Shown here: positions 1 to 7,792 of the stretch, piece after piece
Layout of the letters: each line of letters opens with the position of its first letter
How positions within the stretch are numbered: the stretch's first letter is position 1
NCBI GenBank assembly: GCA_018333405.1
Contig: JAGXSR010000159.1
Coordinates: forward strand, 1-29,116
Reading direction: 5' to 3'
Length of the DNA stretch: 29,116 nucleotides
Source: Dethiobacter sp.
GTDB taxonomy: Bacteria; Bacillota; Dethiobacteria; DTU022
Position numbers and translations under genes: made by a program
Notes under the pieces: generated by a model
The model's database searches: none
What the model saw: only the letters and a program-made list of their open reading frames with translations
Told to the model about the DNA's origin: nothing

Positions 1-669
1 GAAATAATACTTATAATTAATACTTTTTACGCCGACAGACCAGGCCCGGGGACTGACACTGATGATCGCCAGCCCCGGAGGCAGCATCAACGCTTTTTGT
101 GAGCCGGTAACGCACACATCAATCCCTAGGCGATCCACGGGAATATCTACTGCGCCCATGGAGCTTACGGCATCCACAATCAATAAAGCGGGGTGCTCTC
201 CCCTGATTTTGCTGATTAAGGCCAGGTCATTCATCATTCCGGTCGATGATTCATTATGCACCACCATAACAGCACAGATTGTCCCGTCGCGATCTGCTTT
301 TAGTTTATCATCCAAGGCCTGATAGTCCAAAGGAAGCCCCCACCCGGAGTCAACCCGCTCTACTTCAATTCCGTAAGCTTCAGCGATGGCTGCCATACGC
401 TCGCCAAAGGCTCCATTACTCAGCGCAAGAACCTTCTGCCCTGGAGAGATAAAATTGACAACAGACGTTTCCATAATTCCGGTTCCGGATGTAGTTAAAA
501 TAAACAGGCGCCCCTCTGTCTGAAAAATATTCTTCAAAGACCTGATCAGCTCATCCTGAAGCGCCTGAAATCTGGGCCCGCGGTGATTGAACATCTCTGT
601 CGCCATAGCCATAGACACCTGGGGAGGAACAGGAGTGGGGCCCGGGATCAGTAGAAACTCTTTACGCAT
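1..669 (-). CDS. Class V PLP-dependent aminotransferase (alanine-glyoxylate/serine-pyruvate aminotransferase family), 3' end truncated by the window edge
   Basis: Not in the ORF track. Manual translation from ATG at 669: MRKEFLLIPGPTPVPPQVS...FNHRGPRF...TTSGTGIME...NGAFGERM...VHNESSTG...VDAVSSMG...VTGSQKALMLPPGL, with the PLP-lysine motif SQK. GAGGAG SD at 681-686. Confidence 0.9.
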   Translation of the reverse strand, partial: MRKEFLLIPGPTPVPPQVSMAMATEMFNHRGPRFQALQDELIRSLKNIFQTEGRLFILTTSGTGIMETSVVNFISPGQKVLALSNGAFGERMAAIAEAYGIEVERVDSGWGLPLDYQALDDKLKADRDGTICAVMVVHNESSTGMMNDLALISKIRGEHPALLIVDAVSSMGAVDIPVDRLGIDVCVTGSQKALMLPPGLAIISVSPRAWSVGVKSINYKYYF

Positions 670-709
670 GATAATATCGTCTCCTCGCTGATATATATTT
701 ATCTATAAA

Positions 710-1816
710 TTATTCAGGCGGCTGAGATTTTAACGCACCGCGCCTTTCAAAGCGCAGCAGTGCTATTTCCAACAGCCGGTTGATCAACTGGCTGTAATCA
801 ATGCCGCTGGCTTCCCAAAGTTTGGGGTACATACTGATGCTGGTAAAACCAGGCATGGTATTGATTTCGTTTACAATAACCGACTTTTCTTCAGTATTTA
901 CAAAGAAGTCAACCCGTGATAATCCGCTGGCTTCCACCGCTTTAAAAGCGCGGCATGACAGCTCCTTAATTTTATTCTCAAGCTCTGCTCCCAACCCGAC
1001 TGGAACAACCAACTCGGAACGTTCGTCTATATACTTGGCCCGGTAGTCGTAAAATTCGTTGCAGGGAATAATCTCACCCGGAAGGGAAGCCTGCGGATCG
1101 AGATCTCCTAAGACACTGCACTCAATTTCCCGGCCGGAGATGTTGGCTTCTACAACAACCTTGTCATCGTAAGACAGAGCTTCAAACACAGCCGCATCCA
1201 GGACAGACGCACTGCTGACCTTGGAAATGCCGACACTGGAACCAAGATTGGCCGGCTTAACAAAACACGGATAACCTAAGTTATCATCAATCTGTTTCAG
1301 CCAAAACCTGGAGTTTTGACTCCAGTCCCATCGATTAAAATCAAGATAGGGGGCTATTGGAAGCCCGTGCTTCTGGAAAAGAGTCTTCATAACCACTTTA
1401 TCCATAGCTGAAGCAGAAGCAAGGACACCGGATCCCACATAGGGCAGTCCAGCCAGATCCAGCATGCCCTGGACCGTGCCGTCTTCTCCAAACGGGCCAT
1501 GCAGCACAGGAAATACTAAATCTATGGGCATATAATCCCATTCCTTCCTCCCGCCCGCGTTCTTGACCAAAAGGCCTGGTTTTCCGGGATCCATCAGCAA
1601 GGTTGCCCTTGTCGCGTTAACAATGGACCGCTTCTCCCACAGGATCCGCCAGATATCTTCTCCGGCCAGCCAGATCCCTTCTCTTGAGATGCCCACCGGA
1701 ATTATATGGTACCGATCCCGATCCACCGCTTCCATTATGGACGCGGCAGAGCGCAGAGATACCACATGCTCGCCGGAACGTCCGCCGAATAATATAACCA
1801 GATTTTTTGGTTTTAT
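710..1816 (-). CDS. ddl: D-alanine--D-alanine ligase
   Basis: Motifs FPVLHGPFGEDGTVQG, FVKPANLGSSVGIS, GREIEC, FYDYRAKY and NEINTMPGFT. The conserved N-terminal LVILFGGRSGEH lies upstream of the ORF-track GTG (1765), so the start is extended to the in-frame ATA at 1816, 9 nt after an AAAGGGAGG SD. The start codon is uncertain (see findings). Confidence 0.93.
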   Translation of the reverse strand: MKPKNLVILFGGRSGEHVVSLRSAASIMEAVDRDRYHIIPVGISREGIWLAGEDIWRILWEKRSIVNATRATLLMDPGKPGLLVKNAGGRKEWDYMPIDLVFPVLHGPFGEDGTVQGMLDLAGLPYVGSGVLASASAMDKVVMKTLFQKHGLPIAPYLDFNRWDWSQNSRFWLKQIDDNLGYPCFVKPANLGSSVGISKVSSASVLDAAVFEALSYDDKVVVEANISGREIECSVLGDLDPQASLPGEIIPCNEFYDYRAKYIDERSELVVPVGLGAELENKIKELSCRAFKAVEASGLSRVDFFVNTEEKSVIVNEINTMPGFTSISMYPKLWEASGIDYSQLINRLLEIALLRFERRGALKSQPPE

Positions 1817-1845
1817 TTAATTCAACCTCCCTTTGCTGGATTGCA

Positions 1846-2955
1846 CTACAAACGGGTCACCGCTTTCCCCCGCCCGATCCAGGAAGGAATTAAAAACCGG
1901 CGCAGTTTTATTATCTGCAGCAAAATATTTCGTGCAGCGGGGAACAGGTGTATCCATAGCCAGTAGTAGACAGGGGATAGAATCAGATCCTTTTCTCCGA
2001 TAAAAGCAAAATAGTCTCCTCCGAAGCTTTTTTTAAAATGATATATCCCATAGAGGGGATGATCCTCGGAAACTTCACCCGGCACACCATAGAAATCAAA
2101 CCAGCGTGCTCCCCTGTCTTTAGCCCACTTGATCCGTTCCCAAATCATGGCATGATACGCGTATACATTGCGGAAGCGGTCTGACTGCCCCCCATAAACC
2201 GCCCAGGCCTTATCACCGAAAGCAAAAGTGATCCCGGCGGTTACCGGCTCACCATTCAAATAACCAATTGTAAGATTGACGGCATCACGGGCGGCAAGTG
2301 TCCGGTAAACCTTTTGATAATAAGAAAGATTCCTGACAACAAAGTCGCCTCGCCTTCCGGTTTCCCGCATAACCTTCAGAAATAACTCCAGCCCTTTTTC
2401 GCCGGGAGATTCGAATCTAATTCCTTTGCTGAGGCCATAGCGAATCTTATAGCGTGTTTTTTTTGAAAATCCGCTCATTATATCCTCTTTGTCACCGCTG
2501 ATATCCAGACAAAAGGTATATCGCGGCTGCAAGCCGCCAAACTCATGCTTCCCAAGAGGGGTTATAAACCCTGTCTGCCGCAACAGCGCAACAGCGTCAT
2601 AATGCAGATCGGAAAGACAAGGATCAATCTTTATAAACACCGCCCTGTGCTGCCTGGCCAAAGTCCGCAGGCAAACTATAAGCTGATCAAATGCCTGCCT
2701 GTCATACCAGTCGAGCAACACGGGGCCGCGGGGTAAATAAAAAAATGTCTTTCTCAATAAAGGTATGCGCCGTTTCAGGATTGAGGCGGCAGCAACAATA
2801 CGGCTGTCCTCTTCCAGGATTACACGAATAGGTTCCCAAACCGGCTTTTTTACTTCTCCCCATAAATATGACTGGAAGATATGCCCGTTTGGCGTGCTTT
2901 GCATAAATTCGTCGAACCGCTCGGCTTCATCCGCGTCAATCACCCTGAATTGCAC
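1846..2955 (-). CDS. FemABX/MurM-family lipid II aminoacyltransferase (peptidoglycan bridge formation)
   Basis: GHIFQSYLWGEVK, FFYLPRGPVL, AVFIKIDP, LQPRYT, KTRYKIR, WFDFYGV and YHFKKSFGG match the FemX/FemAB pattern. GTG start with AAGGAGG SD. Confidence 0.88.
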   Translation of the reverse strand: MQFRVIDADEAERFDEFMQSTPNGHIFQSYLWGEVKKPVWEPIRVILEEDSRIVAAASILKRRIPLLRKTFFYLPRGPVLLDWYDRQAFDQLIVCLRTLARQHRAVFIKIDPCLSDLHYDAVALLRQTGFITPLGKHEFGGLQPRYTFCLDISGDKEDIMSGFSKKTRYKIRYGLSKGIRFESPGEKGLELFLKVMRETGRRGDFVVRNLSYYQKVYRTLAARDAVNLTIGYLNGEPVTAGITFAFGDKAWAVYGGQSDRFRNVYAYHAMIWERIKWAKDRGARWFDFYGVPGEVSEDHPLYGIYHFKKSFGGDYFAFIGEKDLILSPVYYWLWIHLFPAARNILLQIIKLRRFLIPSWIGRGKAVTRL

Positions 2956-2977
2956 CGACGTAACCTCCTTGGTCCTT

Positions 2978-3007
2978 AGTATAACTGTGGCAATCAGTTT
3001 CTGTCAA
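2978..3007 (-). promoter_or_regulatory. Sigma-A-type promoter for the femX-ddl-aminotransferase unit
   Basis: Minus strand TTGACA (3007-3002), 18-nt spacer, TATACT (2983-2978), just upstream of the femX SD. Confidence 0.7.
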
Positions 3008-3132
3008 TTTGGCACAAGATGGCTTTATAGTTTAAAACAAACAAAGGAAGCTTACTTAACATCTTTATACAAAGAGATGAAAAATATACACAACCAGGCT
3101 AAACCTGTCTTGAACCAGCATTAAAAATGAGC

Positions 3133-3162
3133 AAGGTTCCCCTCGGGCATGAAGGAAACCTT
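3133..3162 (-). terminator. Probable intrinsic terminator downstream of the EF-G paralog
   Basis: Minus strand AAGGTTTCCTTC-ATGCCC-GAGGGGAACCTT forms a 12-bp stem with G-U pairs, followed by GCTCATTTTT, 45 nt after the stop codon. Confidence 0.55.
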
Positions 3163-3206
3163 AAAGATTTTATCAGCGTATAGCCGGGTCGCGCTTAAGC
3201 CTTTCT

Positions 3207-5291
3207 TTAGTCTTTTGCCTTTGCCGCTTTGGCCTGAGCGATCACCTGCTCCGCTGCCTGAAAAGGAACTTCTTCGTAATGAGAAGAGCTCATTGTAAAA
3301 AACCCTCGGCCCTGCGTCATGGAGCGCAGATCGATAGAGTATTTAAACATTTCAGCCATGGGCACCTGAGCTCTGATTTTCTGTAAGCCGTCGTTAGGCT
3401 CAATCCCTTGAATGCGACCGCGCCGGCTGTTTAAATCACCCATAATATCCCCCATGTATGATTCAGGCACAACGATTTCCACATTCATAATCGGTTCCAA
3501 CAAAACCGGCCGGGCTTGCTCCATCCCTTTGCGAAAAGCCATAGCTGAGGCGATCTTAAACGCCATTTCAGAAGAGTCAACGTTATGATAGGAGCCGTCA
3601 ACCAACTTCACCCTGATGTCGACAACCGGATAGCCGGCCAATATGCCTTCTTCCAGGGCTTCCCTTATCCCTTTTTCCACAGCCGGCACATATTGCTTGG
3701 GAACCACGCCCCCGAATATCTTATCTTCAAACTCAAAACCGCTGCCGGATGCCAGGGGCTCCATTTCCAGGTAAACATGTCCGTATTGCCCTCGTCCTCC
3801 GGTCTGCTTTTTATGTTTTCCCTCTATGCGCGACTGGCCACGAATTGTCTCCTTATAGGGAACCTTCGGAGTAGACAAGTCTACTTCTACCCCAAATTTT
3901 TGAGCCAACCGACTGACGATAATCTCCAGGTGAAGCTCACCCAGGCCGGAGATTACAGTTTGCTTGGTTTCCACACGCCGTTCGAGACGGAAAGTAGGGT
4001 CTTCTTCTAAAAAGCGGGCCAGCCCGGTTCCTACTTTGTCCTCATCCCCTTTATTTTTCGGCTCTACGGCGAAAGAAATGACCGGTTCGGGAAATTTAAA
4101 TGTCTGATAGATCACAGGCTTAGTTCGGTCACACAGCGTATTTCCTGTGACCGTTAGCTGCAGCTTGGCCACTGCAGCTATGTCGCCGCAAACCACCTCT
4201 TCCATCGGAATTTGGGTTTTTCCGCGCATGGAAAAAAGCTGTCCAAACCTCTCGGTTTTTTCTTTGCCGACATTATAGACTTGCGTATCGGGTTTAGCTG
4301 TACCTGAACAGACTTTTAAGAAATTTACCCTCCCGACATAAGGGTCCGCTAATGTTTTAAAGACAAATGCGGAAAAAGGCTCATCCGCCCTAGGGTTGCG
4401 GGTAACGATCACTTCGCTGTCCGGCAGACAACCTTGCATCGGTTCGCGCTCCAAGGGCGACGGGCAATAATTTTTTATAAGATCCAACAGCGGCTGAATA
4501 GAGTAGTTTTTTGTAGCCGCACCGCATAATACCGGAGTTATCTTGCGATCCAACATTCCTTTGCGCAACCCGTGCCGAATCTCATCTTGATCTAAAGTCT
4601 CACCTTCCAGGTACTTCAGCAACAACCCATCATCGGATTCGGCAGCCGCTTCCACCAGCTTCTCCCGCAAGCTGTCTGCCTGACTTTTAAGATCGAGGGG
4701 GATTTCACCCTCCTGCACTTTTAAGCCGTCACTGGAAAAAAACAGTGCCTTCTGTTCAACCAAGTCAACAACACCCTTAAAATCCGCTTCTTTCCCGATA
4801 GGCAGTTGCAGCGGTATAAATCTCTGGCCGAAATGTTTTTCCAGCCGATCAATCGCCATCTCAAAGTCGGCATTTTCGCGATCCAGCTTATTAATAAATA
4901 TAATACGGGGCAAGTTAAAATTATTGGCATAGCTCCACACTTTCTCTGTGCCCACTTCAACCCCGGAAACAGCACATACCATCATAATTGCGCAGTCCGC
5001 TACCTGCAGCGCACCCAGAACATCGCCGATAAAGTCAAAATATCCAGGAGTATCCAGGAGGTTGATTTTTACTCCCTGCCATTCCAGCGGAGCCAGGCTC
5101 ACGTTTATGGTTACCCGTTTCCTGATTTCATCTGGATCGAAATCGGTGGTAGTAGTACCTGCTTCTATCTTTCCCAGCCGGTTAATCGCGCCGGAAGAAA
5201 AAAGCATTGCTTCCGCAAGAGAAGTTTTGCCGGCGCCGCCGTGGGAAATCAGGGCCACGTTGCGAATAAATTCGCTGCTATACTTCTTCAA
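3207..5291 (-). CDS. fusA2: Elongation factor G-like protein (EF-G2/EF-G II paralog, not canonical fusA)
   Basis: 694 aa with full EF-G architecture. G1 is SHGGAGKTS, G3 is DTPGYFDF, G4 is NKLD; domain IV has KKQTGGRGQYGHV and YHNVDSSEMAF. It is not in an rpsL-rpsG-tuf context. TTG start with AAGGAGG SD. Confidence 0.9.
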   Translation of the reverse strand: MKKYSSEFIRNVALISHGGAGKTSLAEAMLFSSGAINRLGKIEAGTTTTDFDPDEIRKRVTINVSLAPLEWQGVKINLLDTPGYFDFIGDVLGALQVADCAIMMVCAVSGVEVGTEKVWSYANNFNLPRIIFINKLDRENADFEMAIDRLEKHFGQRFIPLQLPIGKEADFKGVVDLVEQKALFFSSDGLKVQEGEIPLDLKSQADSLREKLVEAAAESDDGLLLKYLEGETLDQDEIRHGLRKGMLDRKITPVLCGAATKNYSIQPLLDLIKNYCPSPLEREPMQGCLPDSEVIVTRNPRADEPFSAFVFKTLADPYVGRVNFLKVCSGTAKPDTQVYNVGKEKTERFGQLFSMRGKTQIPMEEVVCGDIAAVAKLQLTVTGNTLCDRTKPVIYQTFKFPEPVISFAVEPKNKGDEDKVGTGLARFLEEDPTFRLERRVETKQTVISGLGELHLEIIVSRLAQKFGVEVDLSTPKVPYKETIRGQSRIEGKHKKQTGGRGQYGHVYLEMEPLASGSGFEFEDKIFGGVVPKQYVPAVEKGIREALEEGILAGYPVVDIRVKLVDGSYHNVDSSEMAFKIASAMAFRKGMEQARPVLLEPIMNVEIVVPESYMGDIMGDLNSRRGRIQGIEPNDGLQKIRAQVPMAEMFKYSIDLRSMTQGRGFFTMSSSHYEEVPFQAAEQVIAQAKAAKAKD

Positions 5292-5425
5292 TATTTACCC
5301 CTCCTTAAAAATGCCGGCGCCCAACCATTATCTCATGCTTCCGGCTTTTAATAAGATCTGCCAATCCGGCTTAAATTAACCCCAATTACCCGTCCACCTC
5401 AAGTTGCGATGAAGCTTTGCTATAC

Positions 5426-5454
5426 ATTATAGCCCAAAATAAACAAAATTGAAA
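5426..5454 (-). promoter_or_regulatory. Possible sigma-A promoter of the EF-G paralog
   Basis: Perfect TATAAT (5431-5426) with a weak -35 TTTCAA at 17-nt spacing. The -10 is embedded in a GCTATA-N3-TATAGC inverted repeat. Confidence 0.4.
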
Positions 5455-5478
5455 ATGTATTCGCTTGACGATTGACAA

Positions 5479-5982
5479 TCAGTCCATTTTCTTTAATCGA
5501 GCCTGCACGCACTCAATCAGACCGCCATATTTTATGATTTCCTGCATAAAAGAAGGCAGGGGAGGGCTGGCAAACATTCTTCCATCCGCCAACCGGACAA
5601 TTTGACCACGCGCTAAATCGATTTGCAAAATCTCTCCCGGCAAGAGGAGGCCAGGCAGATCTGCTTCACACTCAAGTATTGGTAATCCGATATTTACAGC
5701 ATTCCGAAAAAAAATCTGGGCGAAGCTGTTTGCTATTACACAACCCACACCTGCGCCTTTCAAAGCAAGAGGAGCATGTTCCCTCGAGCTGCCACAGCCG
5801 AAATTCTTGCCGGCTACGACAAAATCGCCAGGTCTGACCTGGCCGGCAAAACGGGGATCCGCATCCTCCATACAGAAACGAGCCAATTCCACCGGATCTG
5901 TTGTGGTCAGGTAACGAGCGGGGATAATCGCATCGGTATCAATATTATCGCCAAAGAGCCATGTTCTGCCTTCCAGCTTCAC
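5479..5982 (-). CDS. leuD: 3-isopropylmalate dehydratase small subunit
   Basis: FGDNIDTDAIIPARYL, NFGCGSSREHAP and IFFRNAVNIGLP. GTG start abuts the leuC stop, with a GAGGAGG SD. Confidence 0.92.
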   Translation of the reverse strand: MKLEGRTWLFGDNIDTDAIIPARYLTTTDPVELARFCMEDADPRFAGQVRPGDFVVAGKNFGCGSSREHAPLALKGAGVGCVIANSFAQIFFRNAVNIGLPILECEADLPGLLLPGEILQIDLARGQIVRLADGRMFASPPLPSFMQEIIKYGGLIECVQARLKKMD

Positions 5983-7272
5983 TTATAAAACCTCCTCGGG
6001 GTGGACTATTTCTCCGGCCACTGCCGATGCTGCGGCTACCGCCGGACCGCAAAGATATACTTCACTATCCCGGTGGCCCATCCTTCCGGTGAAATTCCGG
6101 TTAGTCGTGGCCAAAGCTCTCTCCCCACCGGCCAGGATCCCCATGTGCCCACCCAGGCAAGGCCCGCAGGTAGGCGTACTGATTGCCGCCTCCGCCTCAA
6201 TAAATATATCAAGCAGCCCCTCTGCCATTGCTTGTCGGTAAATCCACTGGGTGGCCGGAATAACCAGAAGGCGGGTCCGTGGATGTACCTTGTGCCCTTT
6301 CAACACTGCAGCCGCTTCACGCAAATCATCCAGCCTGCCGTTAGTGCACGACCCGATCACCACTTGGTCAATCTGAATTCCTTTGGCTTCGCCAACGGGA
6401 TGAACATTTTCGGGAGAAGGCGGAAAGGCGACTTGCGGCTGCAGGCTGCTTACGTCAAAAGTGTAGGTTTCTGCATACACAGCATCATGGTCGCTGTATA
6501 CTGCCTGGTAAGGCTGCCTAGTGCGCCCTTTCAGGTAATCGAAAGTTGCCTGATCGGGTTGGATATAGCCACATAGTCCACCAGCTTCGATAACCATATT
6601 GGCCATGGTCAGGCGTCCGTCTATCGTCAGCTGATCGATTACCGGGCCACAAAACTCCATGGCCCGGTAAAGAGCGCCTTGCACGCCGATCTTGCCAATA
6701 GTAAACAGGATCAGATCTTTGCCTCCTACCCAAGAGGGCAATCGGCCGTTATAGACAAAACGCATTGTTGCCGGCACCTTAAACCAGGCTTCACCTAAAG
6801 CCATCGCTGCGGCCAGATCAGTGCTCCCCACGCCTGTAGCAAAAGCGCCAAGCGCTCCGTAGGTGCAGGTATGCGAATCAGCGCCGATGATCACAGTGCC
6901 AGGCTGTACAAAACCCTGTTCAGGTAACAGCGCATGTTCAACGCCCATCCGGCCAACCTCAAAATAATGAACCAGGCCATAGCGGGAAGAAAAACGACGA
7001 AGCGCCAAGGCCTGCTCTGCGGAAGGTATGTCCCTGTTTGGCGTAAAATGATCCGGCACCAGCACTATCTTTTCCGGATCGAATACCCGGTCTAAACCCA
7101 ATCGCTCAAATTCTTTAATAGCAACCGGAGCAGTGACATCATTACCCAAAGCCAGGTCTATCTTTACTGTTAACAGATCACCGGGCTGCACTCTCTCCTT
7201 GCCGCCCGCTCGCGCTAAAATTTTTTCTACCATCGTTTGTCCGGACAATCTCATACCCCATTTCAAGAACAT
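5983..7272 (-). CDS. leuC: 3-isopropylmalate dehydratase large subunit (short LeuC/homoaconitase-family type)
   Basis: DHFTP, GADSHTCTYGALGAFATGVGSTD, and the [4Fe-4S] cysteines in IGSCTNGR and CGPCLGGH, plus TTNRNF. The true start may lie a few codons downstream of 7272. Confidence 0.92.
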   Translation of the reverse strand: MFLKWGMRLSGQTMVEKILARAGGKERVQPGDLLTVKIDLALGNDVTAPVAIKEFERLGLDRVFDPEKIVLVPDHFTPNRDIPSAEQALALRRFSSRYGLVHYFEVGRMGVEHALLPEQGFVQPGTVIIGADSHTCTYGALGAFATGVGSTDLAAAMALGEAWFKVPATMRFVYNGRLPSWVGGKDLILFTIGKIGVQGALYRAMEFCGPVIDQLTIDGRLTMANMVIEAGGLCGYIQPDQATFDYLKGRTRQPYQAVYSDHDAVYAETYTFDVSSLQPQVAFPPSPENVHPVGEAKGIQIDQVVIGSCTNGRLDDLREAAAVLKGHKVHPRTRLLVIPATQWIYRQAMAEGLLDIFIEAEAAISTPTCGPCLGGHMGILAGGERALATTNRNFTGRMGHRDSEVYLCGPAVAAASAVAGEIVHPEEVL

Positions 7273-7297
7273 TTTTTACTTTATAGCTTAAATATCC

Positions 7298-7792
7298 CTA
7301 TGCTTCCCTGGTAATCTTGGAACCACGCAGCAGGGCTATTTTTCCTGTTCGCACAATTTCTCTGATCCCGTAAGATTGAAGCAGAAGCTTAATCGCTTCC
7401 AGTTTATCTTCATTGCCGGTCACCTCAACAATCATTGAATCAAGAGATACATCTACCACTTTCCCGCGGAAGGTTTCTACAATTTGTTGAATGTCTCCAC
7501 GGGTCTGGGACTCTGCCCGCACTTTTATCAGCATCAGTTCGCGCATCACCGCCGGTTCAAGTGAAAGATTGCTCACCTTCAGCACATTGATCAACTTGTT
7601 TAGCTGTTTCATTACTTGCTCAACAACCATTTCATCCCCTTCTACAGTGATGGTCATCCGGGAAATGCCTGGGGTAACTGTTTCTCCAACGGTGATGTTG
7701 TCGATATTAAATCCGCGCCTGCTGAAAAGACCAGCCACTCTGGTAAGCACACCGGATTTATTTTCCACCAGTACTGCCAGAACATGTTTCAT
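7298..7792 (-). CDS. ilvN: Acetolactate synthase small (regulatory) subunit
   Basis: VLVENKSGVLTRVAGLFSRRGFNIDNITVG ACT domain, KQLNKLINV and EIVRTG. ATGA overlap with ilvB. Confidence 0.95.
   Translation of the reverse strand: MKHVLAVLVENKSGVLTRVAGLFSRRGFNIDNITVGETVTPGISRMTITVEGDEMVVEQVMKQLNKLINVLKVSNLSLEPAVMRELMLIKVRAESQTRGDIQQIVETFRGKVVDVSLDSMIVEVTGNEDKLEAIKLLLQSYGIREIVRTGKIALLRGSKITREA

Noticed and set aside
5415-5436. CTATAATGTATA resembles the left arm of a dif/Xer site
   Set aside because: The XerD arm (TTATGTTAAA-like) is absent, and dif lies at the terminus, not next to oriC.
5700-5730. LeuD FAQIF instead of FARIF as a sign of inactivation
   Set aside because: This position varies among LeuD proteins (FADIF in E. 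coli), and the catalytic GSSRE motif is intact.
3585-6576. Long plus-strand ORFs (141, 181, 143 and 191 aa) opposite the EF-G paralog and leuC
   Set aside because: They are fully antisense to well-conserved genes, show no recognisable motifs or SD, and are expected shadow ORFs.
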